Assembly: GCA_903821355.1 (NCBI GenBank)
Contig: CAIJKW010000006.1
Coordinates: 23,898-87,897 of the forward strand
From: an uncultured bacterium
GTDB lineage: Bacteria; Patescibacteriota; Minisyncoccia; Phycocordibacterales; CAIZLB01
Direction of reading: 5' to 3'
Length of the DNA stretch: 64,000 nt
Below are positions 1 to 10,184 of this stretch, in pieces. The notes under the pieces were generated by a model. That model was not told the origin of the DNA, did no database searches, and saw only the letters and a program-made list of their open reading frames with translations. A program made the translations under genes and the position numbers. Position 1 is the first letter of the stretch. Each line of letters opens with the position of its first letter.

Positions 1-351
1 TGTGCCAAACATTAATGTTGCGACCAAGAAAATATAGGCTAAAATAACGTTAAATGTGACGCCAGCAATTAGGACCACAATTTGTTGCCATTTTGGTTTT
101 GCTAGAATACTGTCGGAAGTTAGGCTATCCTCTGGATTTTCACCGTGAATCTTCACATAGCCACCAAGAGGAATTAAGTTGAGTGAAAATCTTGTTTTTC
201 CAATCATTTTTCCAAAAAGTCTTGGGGGGAAGCCAATAGCAAAATCATCAACTCTGACCCCAAAGAGTTTACAAGCTAAAAAGTGGCCCATTTCATGGAC
301 TGCGATAAGCAAGGTTAGGACCAGCAGAAATATTATTATAGTAGATATCAT
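1..351 (-). CDS. rseP: RseP-like site-2 zinc metalloprotease (M50 family), N-terminal part; the gene continues past the window edge
   Basis: Minus-strand translation from the ATG at 351: MISTIIIFLLVLTLLIAVHEMGHFLACKLFGVRVDDFAIGFPP... The HExxH motif (HEMGH) sits in the first TM helix, which is typical of RseP. The ORF runs off the window edge, so it is absent from the ORF track. Confidence 0.75.
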   Translation of the reverse strand, partial: MISTIIIFLLVLTLLIAVHEMGHFLACKLFGVRVDDFAIGFPPRLFGKMIGKTRFSLNLIPLGGYVKIHGENPEDSLTSDSILAKPKWQQIVVLIAGVTFNVILAYIFLVATLMFGT

Positions 352-371
352 TTATATTTTATTTTTAGAAA

Positions 372-923
372 TTAAATCAATATGTCCTTCTCTTTTTTTG
401 CAAAGAATTCTTCTAGGTGCGCTTCACAATCCTTCATTATCTTCTCCATTTCTGTTCTTGATCTCATTACCTCATCTTCACTCATCTCTCCATCTTTTTT
501 CTTTTTATTCAAGTCATCAGAAATTTCCCCTCTCTCCCTTCTTAGTGCCACCTTTGAATCTTCCAGCTTTTGCTTTGCAATCTTTACCAACTGCTGTCTT
601 CTCTCTCCAGTTAGTTCTGGAAATATAACGCGAAGGCCTTTATCGTCAACTGTTACAGAAACACCCAGGTCAGCTGCTGTAATAGCTTTTTCTATTGCTT
701 GAGTTTGGCTTCTATCCCATGGTGTAACTCTAATAGTTTTAGGGTCTTCAGTTACAACACTGGCAACTCCTGCTAAATTCATCAAACTACCATAAGAGTC
801 TACTTTGACACCGTCGAGAAAAGAAACTGTTGCCCGACCAGTCCTAATACCCGTCAATTCCTTAATAAGCCACTCCTCTGTACCCTTTGTTTTTTGTTTA
901 AATGAAGAAAAATCATATGTCAT
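372..923 (-). CDS. frr: ribosome recycling factor
   Basis: 183 aa. Full-length similarity to the RRF family (…RTGRATVSFLDGVKVDSYGS…VTPWD…ELTGERRQQLVK…). Confidence 0.9.
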   Translation of the reverse strand: MTYDFSSFKQKTKGTEEWLIKELTGIRTGRATVSFLDGVKVDSYGSLMNLAGVASVVTEDPKTIRVTPWDRSQTQAIEKAITAADLGVSVTVDDKGLRVIFPELTGERRQQLVKIAKQKLEDSKVALRRERGEISDDLNKKKKDGEMSEDEVMRSRTEMEKIMKDCEAHLEEFFAKKEKDILI

Positions 924-1016
924 AGTGTATTAATTTTAGCATGAAAGTAAAGATTGGTAAAACATGTTCTAATTAGGTATGTTGGCCTATTTTATTTATA
1001 TTTAACAGAAGACAGA

Positions 1017-1050
1017 AATGCCGAGCGATTGTGTGTCGCCCGGCATTTTT
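1017..1050. terminator. putative rho-independent terminator hairpin
   Basis: aatgccgagcg…cgcccggcatt inverted repeat followed by TTTTT. It lies downstream of the minus-strand gene ending at 1082. Confidence 0.35.
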
Positions 1051-1081
1051 CTAGATGTTGTCTCACCTTACTCTTCCCTGT

Positions 1082-1453
1082 CTAGGATCTAAGGACGCCA
1101 ATGAGGCCTCCGAAAAGTCCTACAGCAGATGACGCAAAGTATTGGCCGCAGAGGCTGTATCCTTCTTCCACAACGACCTTGTTGAGGTCGCCAAAGTCAA
1201 AGAATCCGGCAATGCAGATTGAAAACAACAGGATCAGTTCCGTGACCAAGAGCTGTTTCAGGCTGAAGCCAAGGATTTTGCCCTTGTCTGAAGAAAGCAC
1301 ATGAAGAACAATCGCTGCAACTAGCGCCATATTGAGAAGGAAGACGGACATGCAAATCATTTTCATAGGTACATGGGGTTGGAATTCAGGTTCGATAGAG
1401 CAAAAACTCACTGACGAAGTCAGTGGCAGATGTGCCATCGATTCTGAATTCAA
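1082..1453 (-). CDS. hypothetical small membrane protein
   Basis: 123-aa ORF with about 3 hydrophobic helices. No family recognised. Confidence 0.4.
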   Translation of the reverse strand: MNSESMAHLPLTSSVSFCSIEPEFQPHVPMKMICMSVFLLNMALVAAIVLHVLSSDKGKILGFSLKQLLVTELILLFSICIAGFFDFGDLNKVVVEEGYSLCGQYFASSAVGLFGGLIGVLRS

Positions 1454-1548
1454 AAACCATATTGCACCATGAAAAAAGTACTATTGGTCTCTGATATTTT
1501 TATATCACATACGATATATTTAAACAATAACAATATGCACACTCTCTT

Positions 1549-2313
1549 TTATAGAATATGACCATCACTCATCTTAATCACTCTATCTGTAAACTTTCCG
1601 TATTCTTCTTCGTGAGTAACCATTACAATGGTTTGTCCTTTCTTGTGTAGTTTTTTAAAAATCTCCATAATCATGTCCGATGATTCATTATCTAGGTTTG
1701 CCGTAGGTTCATCGGCAAAAAGAATTGTTGGCGAATGAGCAATCGCGCGAGCAATAGAAACTCTCTGTTGTTCTCCACCAGAAAGTTTTGCAGGTAAATT
1801 ATTAAATTTTGTACCAAGTCCTACTTCTATCAATTGCTCCTCAGCAATCTTATATGCCTCTTCCTTATTTACTCCCTGCATAATCAAAGGCACGGCAACA
1901 TTCTCTCCTGCGGTTAAATCAGGCAAAAGAGCGTAGTCTTGAAAAACGTATCCAAGCTTATGTAGTCTGAATTTAACCCTATCGTCACTTGATAAACTGT
2001 GAGCATTTAGGCCATCGATTATTATCTCACCTGAAGTTGGATGATCCAGTAAACTTATCTGATACAACATTGTACTTTTTCCTGCACCAGAGCGACCCAT
2101 GATAGAAATAAATTCACCACTTTTAATATCCAAATCAACACCCTTTAAAACCGTAGTCTCTTTTGTTCCATCCAAAAATGTTTTGGTCAAACCTCTTGTG
2201 CTAATAATAAAATCCCCATGCCTCGTTGATCTTTTTTTCCAAGCATCACCAACAAGAATACTTTCCTTTGCGCCATCAATTTTTTCGTTTTTATTTAAAT
2301 TTTTCTTGTTCAT
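1549..2313 (-). CDS. ABC transporter ATP-binding protein (MacB/LolD/FtsE-like)
   Basis: Walker A GRSGAGKST, ABC signature LSGGEQQRVSIARA and Walker B ILFADEPT. It forms an operon with the upstream permease and adaptor genes. Confidence 0.9.
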   Translation of the reverse strand: MNKKNLNKNEKIDGAKESILVGDAWKKRSTRHGDFIISTRGLTKTFLDGTKETTVLKGVDLDIKSGEFISIMGRSGAGKSTMLYQISLLDHPTSGEIIIDGLNAHSLSSDDRVKFRLHKLGYVFQDYALLPDLTAGENVAVPLIMQGVNKEEAYKIAEEQLIEVGLGTKFNNLPAKLSGGEQQRVSIARAIAHSPTILFADEPTANLDNESSDMIMEIFKKLHKKGQTIVMVTHEEEYGKFTDRVIKMSDGHIL

Positions 2314-2354
2314 GATTTTATTTTAAATGTTTTGTTTTTTTCGATTTCGACTCA

Positions 2355-3629
2355 TTATCGGCCTAATATTGAATCAAGTGTATTCTTCTTGACGATAATC
2401 CTTGCAGGAATATATCCAGCAATAACCGTTGTAACAAGGAGAATTAGAGCTCGCACAAGTGTACCTGTTAGTGGTGCATAAATTATACCATCACTAAATG
2501 GGAAGTTGATTGGGTGTGCGTCCACATACGGTACCAGAAATCCATACAGAATCAGAAATCCAATTACAGATCCAGCAAACGCATAAAAAATAGATTGTAA
2601 AATATAGGAAATTTCAATAGATTTTGAATCAATTCCAATTCCCTTCAAGATTCCAATGAATTTTCTACGAGTAATAGCGTTAACAAAAATCACAATAAAA
2701 ATTGTAATGGAAGCAACGGCGATACCAATTGAACCAATCATATTTCCGAGAAGTGCAAAAGTAGACATAATATCCTTGAGGAACTTTGGCTGAGCCTCAA
2801 GCCATGTCTGAATCTTTGCTCCATCGTCAAAATTATTATTGAACAAAATCTGCTGAACTCTGGCGGCATCGTCAATTGTAGACCCATCTTGTAACTTAAC
2901 AAAAATTTCATCCGCGTTTACATCGTTTCTGCCGATCAACTTTTTGGCTTCACTTTCAATCATGAAGATTCTAAAATCATTAGTATCAACCTTGGTCTTT
3001 ATAACACCACGCAAAATAACTTCTTTAGAATTCTTGCCAACCGTAATTTTTAATTTATCACCGACATTAACATTCTTTAATGTCGCAAAACCCGCAGAAT
3101 CAACTGGAGTGTATTTATAGAGCAAGGTTGCACCAAGAATTATTCCATCAGTATCATTCTCCTGCAAATAAGTTCCCTCTTGCATATATTTTGAAAGACC
3201 ATTTATTTTATCTTCATTAAGAGGATCGATTCCTGCAATTGTCCCCGCCACCTTGTTGGGAACTTCGTCTTGTCTCAGCTTTCTTCTGTAGTCTGCATTT
3301 ATTGTCCCCGACCCAGTGTAGCGAGTTGCAACATCTTTGACTTGAGGCAACCCTTTTAAAACATTCAGAATATCGCCAGTTCTTTCAATTTCTGTTTTCT
3401 GAGTAAGTGTTGTAATTGCGATATCTCCAGTTCCCCTATCTCTATGAGACTCAACTGCACCCTGAATAAGACCAACCAGCACACCATTAACAACGACGAG
3501 ATTCAAAAAAGTTAATGCCATAACTGCCACAATTAAAATTGTAGTCCAAAGATTGGCACGCTTAATTTGCCTATATGCTAGGAAAAAACCAACTCGCCAA
3601 ATGTTAATGTTATTTTTTGTTGGAAGCAT
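2355..3629 (-). CDS. ABC transporter permease, FtsX/MacB-type
   Basis: 424 aa. An N-terminal TM helix, a large periplasmic domain and three C-terminal TM helices (FtsX fold). It lies between the adaptor and ATPase genes. Confidence 0.8.
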   Translation of the reverse strand: MLPTKNNINIWRVGFFLAYRQIKRANLWTTILIVAVMALTFLNLVVVNGVLVGLIQGAVESHRDRGTGDIAITTLTQKTEIERTGDILNVLKGLPQVKDVATRYTGSGTINADYRRKLRQDEVPNKVAGTIAGIDPLNEDKINGLSKYMQEGTYLQENDTDGIILGATLLYKYTPVDSAGFATLKNVNVGDKLKITVGKNSKEVILRGVIKTKVDTNDFRIFMIESEAKKLIGRNDVNADEIFVKLQDGSTIDDAARVQQILFNNNFDDGAKIQTWLEAQPKFLKDIMSTFALLGNMIGSIGIAVASITIFIVIFVNAITRRKFIGILKGIGIDSKSIEISYILQSIFYAFAGSVIGFLILYGFLVPYVDAHPINFPFSDGIIYAPLTGTLVRALILLVTTVIAGYIPARIIVKKNTLDSILGR

Positions 3630-3687
3630 TGGTTTATTTTTACGATTTAGATTTGCGTCACTCCAGCTTATCTTGATTACTTATAAC

Positions 3688-5277
3688 TTACTTATTCTTC
3701 ACCATAATTCTCTCCCCCGCCACCAATCCCGAAACAATTTCAATTTCTCCTGACGCATTAAGTCCTCCTGTCTCAACTTTCTTATCAACTCTTTTACCAC
3801 CTTGATCAACGGTTACCATCTTTTCACCAGCATTTAGAAATAGTGCCTCTTGAGGAATCACAAAAGTTGCAGGTTTGTTTGAAGTTTCGATCGTAATATT
3901 TGCTGTCATTCCAGACCTAATCCTTTCATCGGTTTGATTGAAAGATAATTTGATCTTGTAGGTTGTTACACCATCAACCACTGTTTCAGCTGGATCAACT
4001 TCATAAACTGTTGCTGGAAAAATTACGTCCTTTCCGTAAGTATCAAGAGTGATTCTTGCAGGTTGAGCAACTTTAACTTTTGCAATATCAGATTCTGAAA
4101 CATAACTTTCCACTTCATAGTTTGATGCACTTATCATTGATGCATAAGTTGTACCAAGTATAGTACTCTCCCCTTCTTTTGCATCCATCTTTGTAACAAT
4201 TCCATCAAACGGCGCGACAATCATGGTTTTTGCCAAAATAGCTTGTGCACTTTCAACTTGAGCACTAGCTGATCTAACCCTTGCTTCTCCTGCAGCGAGC
4301 TGGTCTTCTGTTGATCCAGCTTTCTTTAATGCGAGTTGTTGAGTAGCCCTATTTAAACCTGATTTACTTGTATTGTAATTTTGCTCAGCCATAGTTAGGC
4401 TTGCCGCTATAGCATTTAAAGATGCTCTAGCAGATAGAACAGATGCTTTATAATTATCTATCACAGCCTGAGGTGTTGCCACGTTAACTTCAACAGAAGA
4501 TGCCACCATTGATAGATCATCTAGGAGTGCCCTGACCAATGCCAAGCTGTCCCTGGTTTCTTGAATATATTTAGGATCAAAAGTTCCTACGGTAAGTGAC
4601 GATGTATCCGCACCAAGCTTTGCTAGACTCTCATTTACTTTCACTTTTTTTGCAGCCAAATCATTTTGTAAAGTAACATTGTTACCATAATTATTATTGA
4701 AAGGAATAATTTGTGGATTCACACTTCTTGGATTTGTATAAAACTGATCCGCTTTTGTTCTGACAGCATCATCAGCGACAGAATAAGTTTCTTTTATTTT
4801 ATCGACAAAAGCCTGCAAGCTTTGATCCAAGGAAGATTGAGCAGATTGTAAATCAGCTTCTGCAATACTTATATCCTCTGTACGAGAACCTGCTGCCAAA
4901 TCATTATAATTAGCTTGTGCAGTTGCAAGGTCTGCTTGACGTTGAAGAAGTGCTCCGTAAGAATCACCGTTTGCGAGAGAAACCAAGACGGCGCCTTTTT
5001 TGACAACATCGCCAACTTTTACACTCACCTTTGAGACCCTACCAGCCGCCTCAAACCCCATATCAACATTTTGTGATGCTTGTACTTTTCCAGTTACAGA
5101 AACCTCCTGAACAAAAGTTTGAGGTTCAAGTGTAATAATTGTCTCAGCGGAGGAGTTTGAAGAAAAGGACTTATATAGGACAATTGCAAGAATAATTGCA
5201 ATCAAAGTAATATAAACACTTTTGAGTTTAAGAATTGACCATAATTTAACAAAAAACTTTTTCATATTTATTTTCAT
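3688..5277 (-). CDS. HlyD-family periplasmic adaptor / membrane fusion protein (MacA-like) with a long coiled coil
   Basis: 529 aa. An N-terminal TM anchor, a biotinyl/lipoyl-like hairpin (VSKVSVKVGDVVKKGAVLVSL), an extended alanine/glutamine-rich coiled coil and a C-terminal beta-barrel domain. Confidence 0.75.
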   Translation of the reverse strand: MKINMKKFFVKLWSILKLKSVYITLIAIILAIVLYKSFSSNSSAETIITLEPQTFVQEVSVTGKVQASQNVDMGFEAAGRVSKVSVKVGDVVKKGAVLVSLANGDSYGALLQRQADLATAQANYNDLAAGSRTEDISIAEADLQSAQSSLDQSLQAFVDKIKETYSVADDAVRTKADQFYTNPRSVNPQIIPFNNNYGNNVTLQNDLAAKKVKVNESLAKLGADTSSLTVGTFDPKYIQETRDSLALVRALLDDLSMVASSVEVNVATPQAVIDNYKASVLSARASLNAIAASLTMAEQNYNTSKSGLNRATQQLALKKAGSTEDQLAAGEARVRSASAQVESAQAILAKTMIVAPFDGIVTKMDAKEGESTILGTTYASMISASNYEVESYVSESDIAKVKVAQPARITLDTYGKDVIFPATVYEVDPAETVVDGVTTYKIKLSFNQTDERIRSGMTANITIETSNKPATFVIPQEALFLNAGEKMVTVDQGGKRVDKKVETGGLNASGEIEIVSGLVAGERIMVKNK

Positions 5278-5438
5278 ATTTAAAATTTATTATAGCACAT
5301 TTTTTAGAAAGTTTTCAAAACAAAAAAATAAGAAAAGAAAAATCCCCTCACAAGTGTGAGTCGCGAGGCGACTTTTCCTTGTAAGGGGTTTATCCAATTA
5401 TGTATTGGAACCAGGTAGGACTACTACCATTTTGACAA

Positions 5439-6485
5439 CTAAGGAACGGGGGACCAATCCCTCCAAGTTCCACGAACTCCAGTCCAGACCATCCTGTAGA
5501 ATTCCTTTGCTGGACGACGACGCTCATTCGGATAGTTCTGATCGAACATAACCCATTCATAGGTATTGGAGTAAAAACCCACTTCACCATCAGGAATAGT
5601 ATGTGGTCCGACCCAATTTCCGCCTTCACCGCCGAAGCCCCAATCTGTCCAAGTCACAAGGTCTATCGACCGTTGCAACTTGAAATATTCCAGTTGTTCA
5701 CCAGACATCCGAAGGACAGTACCTTCATCACTTGAGTTTGGATAGGTTTCAGAAATGGACTTAAGGCTGACCAACTCCGGCAACGGAACATCCGCAACCT
5801 TGTAGACAATATTGATGCCATCGTTTCCACCGATCGTAAGCATCACTTCAGGATACTCAACCCCATCGTAGGTAGGGATGAAGGAAATGTGCCAGCGAAC
5901 AATGTAACCTTGGCCAAGAACTGGTTTGGTGAAGTCCTGCGACGAACCCCATCTCAGTTTTTGCCTTGTGACGAACAAGTCGCCGACATTATTCACTGTC
6001 GAACCTATGATTGGCGTATCGTTGGTGCTGTTGATACTGCTGGCCTCATTCCACATAGTAAGATCGGTTGTGAATACCGACGGAGCTGACAATGTCGTCT
6101 CATCTCCAAACGTTTTCACTTTGATACCGACCGCCGGGCTGTTATCGGACAACAAAACCGGAGTCTCGTTGTCGAATGAATCCGTGTGGTAGATATCGTA
6201 TTCAAACCTTGTGATTTTGATAGAATCGAGTGGAATGGGCTGCTCCCAGACGGAGTTTTGAATCCTGAAGCCGACATCAAAACCATCAGCCACGCACACT
6301 TGCGGGACATTTAGGTTTAACGTATAGGGCTTGTTGGAATTAACCATCGCTCGATTGAACTCACCAACAACGCTAATGCCGCCGATGATATCATAATAAG
6401 GCGTAATGTCCTGTGCTGACACGTGGGAGGTTGGAATGGCCAACATAAGGCCGATGATGATTGAAACTAACTGATTTTTTTTCAT
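5439..6485 (-). CDS. hypothetical secreted protein with signal peptide and Trp-rich C-terminus
   Basis: N-terminal signal peptide MKKNQLVSIIIGLMLAIPTSHVSAQ. No recognisable domain. Confidence 0.55.
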   Translation of the reverse strand: MKKNQLVSIIIGLMLAIPTSHVSAQDITPYYDIIGGISVVGEFNRAMVNSNKPYTLNLNVPQVCVADGFDVGFRIQNSVWEQPIPLDSIKITRFEYDIYHTDSFDNETPVLLSDNSPAVGIKVKTFGDETTLSAPSVFTTDLTMWNEASSINSTNDTPIIGSTVNNVGDLFVTRQKLRWGSSQDFTKPVLGQGYIVRWHISFIPTYDGVEYPEVMLTIGGNDGINIVYKVADVPLPELVSLKSISETYPNSSDEGTVLRMSGEQLEYFKLQRSIDLVTWTDWGFGGEGGNWVGPHTIPDGEVGFYSNTYEWVMFDQNYPNERRRPAKEFYRMVWTGVRGTWRDWSPVP

Positions 6486-6775
6486 TTTGCTTTCTGTGTT
6501 TGCTGTTTGCTGTGTTTTCTTCTAACTATTGGTTTTGAGCAGTTTTGTTTATAACTGCATCTTAGAAGATTCATATATATCCTCAAAGATGCAGTCAAAA
6601 ACTACAAAATTTCAATGTTCAATTACAAACACAAGTATAACATACATTAACAGTATGTCAATGGATTCATCAATTTTATTCAGCTTTTAAGCCATAAAAC
6701 CCTTATTCATAGCCACACCTCCCAGTATTTTGCATATTGGCAATCAAATTGGCAAAAGGTTGCCTCGTGTGGGTG

Positions 6776-6875
6776 GTGGTGCAAACCTGCCTTTTGAGAG
6801 ACTTGCGAGTTGCAACGAGCAGAGCCAATTCAGAGCACTGAATTGGCGTTCTCTCAAGAGGCAGGTTTGCACCAC
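6776..6875. repeat. long imperfect hairpin (~26-bp stem) with the conserved core TTGAGAGACTTGCGAGTTGCAACGAGC (copy A)
   Basis: GGTGGTGCAAACCTGCC..TTGAGAGA pairs with TCTCTCAA..GGCAGGTTTGCACCAC. The 27-nt core at 6794-6820 is identical to 15808-15834. There is an inner hairpin CCAATTCAG/CTGAATTGG. It lies in the divergent region upstream of typA. Confidence 0.6.
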
Positions 6876-6948
6876 GACCTTCGAATATAATTCTTTTAAC
6901 AATTTGATTGCCAAAATACCAAAATAGTGTTTAAATGAACTCTCAATT

Positions 6949-8739
6949 ATGCAAATACGTAACATCGCGATTATCGCCCACGTTGACCATGGAAAAACAA
7001 CCATCGTTGATGCCATTATGAAATACACTGGAGCTGTCAAAGATGCAGTATCCATGGACTCTAACGCCATTGAACTTGAGCGAGGTATTACTATATATGC
7101 CAAAAACGCCTCATTTGAGTACAAAGGAACAAAAGTAAACGTTATAGACACACCAGGTCACGCAGACTTTGGCTCAGAGGTTGAGCGTGTTCTTCGTTCT
7201 ATTGACTGTGTTCTACTTATTGTCGATGCACAAGAAGGACCAATGCCACAAACTCGTTTCGTACTTAAAAAATCTCTTGAGCTTGGTCTTAAGCCAATTG
7301 TCGTTCTTAACAAACTAGACAAGCCAGCCGCAAATCCAGCAAGAGTTCACGATGAAATCCTAGAACTATTTATAGAACTTGGTGCTCATGATCATCAATT
7401 AGACTTCCCTATGGTTTATTGTATTGGACGCGAAGGTAAGGCAAAGCTAAATTTGGACGATGAATTTGTAAACCTTGATCCCCTACTCGATACAATTATT
7501 AAAGAAGTTCCTCCTGCAAAAAGTGCGCCAGAAGAAACTCTTGAGGCTCAACCTTTTAACCTCGCATATGACAATTTTCTTGGAAGAATGGCTGTTACTC
7601 GTATTTGGACAGGAACTCTTAAAATGGGTCAAACTTTGTTTATTAAAAAAGATACAGGAGAAACAAGAACCGGAAGAATTACAAAACTTTTTACATTTGA
7701 TGGTCTAGCAAGAAAAGAAGTTAAGGAAGCATACTCAGGTGACGTCGTGATGATTGCAGGACTTTCTGATATTTTTATTGGCGAGACAATAACTGACAAG
7801 GAGGATACTTTGCCTTTGCCCTCAATTAAAATTGACGAACCAACAATTTCTCTTGGTTTTCTTGTTAACGATTCTCCTTTTGCAGGTCGCGAAGGTAAAT
7901 ATGTTACAGGACGTCAAATTAGAGATAGATTAGAAAAAGAACTTGAAGTTAACGTTGGTCTTCATGTCGATTTCGACCAAGCCGACGTTCTTAAAGTTTA
8001 TGGACGTGGAGAATTACATGTCGCAGTTCTACTTGAACAAATGCGTCGTGAAGGATATGAGCTTCAAGTTTCTCAACCTGAGGTTATTATCAAAGAAGTA
8101 AACGGAGAAAAATGTGAGCCATTTGAAGAGGTTGTTATTGATACACCAAGTGAATTCTCAGGAGCTGTTATTGATAAGCTTGGAAGAAGAAAAGGAATTA
8201 TGACTTCAATGAAAGATCATGGTGGTATCACAAGAATGACCTTCGATATTCCTACTCGTGGGCTTTTGGGTTACAGAAGTCAATTCGTTATTGATACGAG
8301 AGGTGAAGGAATTATGTCTTCCCGTTTTGAAGACTTCAGACCTCACGTTGGTACAATTGAAAAAAGAGCTGTTGGATCTATGATTTCAATGGAGAGTGGT
8401 AAGGTTCTACACTTTGCTCTTGGAAACTTACAAGACAGAGGCGTGCTTTATGTTGCCCCAGGAACTGAGGTTTATGCTGGTATGGTTATCGGAAACACAT
8501 CTAAGGGAGAAGAAATGGAAGTTAACCCAACTAAAGGAAAGCAACTTACTAACATGCGTGCATCTGGAACTGATGAGACAGTATATCTTGCCCCTGCACT
8601 TGAAATTACAATTGAACGTGGACTTGAAATCATGTGTGAAGATGAATACTTGGAAATCACACCAACTTCAGCAAGGTTGCGTAAAAAGTTTTTGACAAAG
8701 ACAGGAAGAGAGAGAGCAGAGAAAGGAATCACAAAATAG
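6949..8739 (+). CDS. typA: translational GTPase TypA/BipA
   Basis: 596 aa. G1 motif AHVDHGKTT and G3 motif DTPGHADF. BipA-type domain order along the full length. Confidence 0.9.
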   Translation: MQIRNIAIIAHVDHGKTTIVDAIMKYTGAVKDAVSMDSNAIELERGITIYAKNASFEYKGTKVNVIDTPGHADFGSEVERVLRSIDCVLLIVDAQEGPMPQTRFVLKKSLELGLKPIVVLNKLDKPAANPARVHDEILELFIELGAHDHQLDFPMVYCIGREGKAKLNLDDEFVNLDPLLDTIIKEVPPAKSAPEETLEAQPFNLAYDNFLGRMAVTRIWTGTLKMGQTLFIKKDTGETRTGRITKLFTFDGLARKEVKEAYSGDVVMIAGLSDIFIGETITDKEDTLPLPSIKIDEPTISLGFLVNDSPFAGREGKYVTGRQIRDRLEKELEVNVGLHVDFDQADVLKVYGRGELHVAVLLEQMRREGYELQVSQPEVIIKEVNGEKCEPFEEVVIDTPSEFSGAVIDKLGRRKGIMTSMKDHGGITRMTFDIPTRGLLGYRSQFVIDTRGEGIMSSRFEDFRPHVGTIEKRAVGSMISMESGKVLHFALGNLQDRGVLYVAPGTEVYAGMVIGNTSKGEEMEVNPTKGKQLTNMRASGTDETVYLAPALEITIERGLEIMCEDEYLEITPTSARLRKKFLTKTGRERAEKGITK

Positions 8740-8756
8740 TTTCAATCAAAAAAACT

Positions 8757-8788
8757 ACCCCGCCACAGACGACGGGGTCGTTTTTTGT
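8757..8788 (+). terminator. rho-independent terminator of typA
   Basis: CCCCGCC…GACGGGGTCG hairpin followed by TTTTTTG. Confidence 0.6.
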
Positions 8789-8834
8789 GGTGGGGTAGGT
8801 TTATTAAGGACGAAAAATAAAGCCGACGAGCACT

Positions 8835-9419
8835 TCAAAACAAGGAGTCTTCGTAACCGTTTCTTGCTGTCAATTCAGTGGCCCTCTTCTCAGCATCAAG
8901 TTTGGCAAAATGATTCTTAAGGCCGATGGTAATTTCACCTGTGCTGACGTCCATAATGTACCCTTCACCGTAGTTAGGAACATCGCAGACAATAACCTCT
9001 CCGGTTATCAGGTGGTGGAATGCGCCGACGATGCCGGGAATCGCCAAATTGTGATTGGTAACAATGGCTCCTTCGGCGCCGTCAGGAAGAAAATCAAGTA
9101 CCGTGTTCATCTGCACCACTCCGTCGTGATACTCGGACTTACTAAGGCATGACAACCCGAAGATGGGTAATTCGTCTATGTAATTGTAAAGATGCCACGC
9201 CAACGCACTTGCCGTTTGGAATGAGCGTAGCTCATTGGAGTGAAAAATCGCAATTTCGACATTCGGCCAATCGGCAAGCAAGTGAGGCTTAATTGCCCTA
9301 GCAAAACAGTTGAGACGGACATCGGCGTCCTTCGTCAATAGTTTAGTGACACGATCATATTCAAAATGACGGATAAACATCACCCATTTAAGGGCTTTCA
9401 ATCTGGGGTCAAGATTCAT
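8835..9419 (-). CDS. histidine phosphatase (phosphoglycerate mutase-like) family protein
   Basis: Starts at MNLDPRLKALKWVMFIRHFEY (RHxE-type catalytic motif). The longer ORF-track start (9560) would run through the terminator of the upstream gene, so the internal Met at 9419 was chosen. Confidence 0.5.
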   Translation of the reverse strand: MNLDPRLKALKWVMFIRHFEYDRVTKLLTKDADVRLNCFARAIKPHLLADWPNVEIAIFHSNELRSFQTASALAWHLYNYIDELPIFGLSCLSKSEYHDGVVQMNTVLDFLPDGAEGAIVTNHNLAIPGIVGAFHHLITGEVIVCDVPNYGEGYIMDVSTGEITIGLKNHFAKLDAEKRATELTARNGYEDSLF

Positions 9420-9543
9420 GATTGTTAATTGGTTCAGTTTTACAGCGATCAAACAGAAGCACCTGCTTCCATTGAAATCCAAAGTAAGACTACACCGTAG
9501 ATGATAGCGCGTCAATAAATTCGTAAAAGTTTTTTTAATACAC

Positions 9544-9582
9544 AAAAAAGCGCCTAACATAATATGCTCGGCGCCCTTTTGT
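9544..9582 (-). terminator. rho-independent terminator of the RRM-protein gene
   Basis: Minus-strand reading: GGCGCCgagcatattatgttaGGCGC followed by TTTTTTGTG. Confidence 0.6.
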
Positions 9583-9616
9583 TTATTAGACGATTATTTC
9601 TAAATCTCGCTAAAGA

Positions 9617-9967
9617 TTAGTAGTCGCGTCTGAATCCACGATCTCCACCTCTATCACCTCCACGATCGTTTCCTCTTCCACCAAAGTCTCTTCTAGGACC
9701 TCCAGTTGGATTCTCTGTCTTTGGACGAGCCCTGTTTACAACAAGGTTTCTTCCATCAAGATCTTGCTCGTTAAACATAGCGATAGCAGCGTCTGTAGCT
9801 TCATCGGTTGCCATTGTGACAAATCCGAATCCACGTGAACGTCCACTCATATTCTCTGTCATAACGATTGCGTCTACTACTTCTCCAGCCTTTGAAAACG
9901 CTGCCTTTAGACTATCTGTAGTTGTAGTCCAAGCTAGGTTTCCAACATATAATTTCTTCTCTCCCAT
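9617..9967 (-). CDS. RNA-binding protein with RRM (RNP-1/RNP-2) domain and Arg/Gly-rich tail
   Basis: RNP-2 LYVGNL and RNP-1 RGFGFVTM. C-terminal RGG/RGD-rich tail. Confidence 0.85.
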   Translation of the reverse strand: MGEKKLYVGNLAWTTTTDSLKAAFSKAGEVVDAIVMTENMSGRSRGFGFVTMATDEATDAAIAMFNEQDLDGRNLVVNRARPKTENPTGGPRRDFGGRGNDRGGDRGGDRGFRRDY

Positions 9968-10184
9968 TTTGTGTGTTTATGCGTTACTTTTAATCGTCCA
10001 TAGCCGACCCCTTTACGCCAACCACACAGGAAACTCCGCTGGCTTGATGAGATACTACGAACTTTAACAGTATAACACATATATTAACAATGACAATGCA
10101 AAAGCCTTGTCTAAATGTCAAATTTGTTTCCTATTTTTGAACGCCAACGAAAGACGGGCGAACCTTGCCGTTTTACCCCTATGC

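Noticed and set aside
179-702. Plus-strand ORFs 179-628 and 382-702 (149 aa and 106 aa).
   Set aside because: They lie antisense within rseP and frr, which are well supported on the minus strand, and their composition is low-complexity (Ser/Leu/Phe-rich).
6730-7151. ORFs 6730-6927 (+) and 6744-7151 (-).
   Set aside because: They overlap the long hairpin/conserved-core element and the typA 5' region. The sequence there is better explained as a structured non-coding element plus the typA start.
8835-9560. The full 241-aa ORF for the histidine-phosphatase gene.
   Set aside because: The extra 47 N-terminal residues would be translated across the rho-independent terminator of the upstream RRM-protein gene. 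The internal Met at 9419 gives the family-typical N-terminus.
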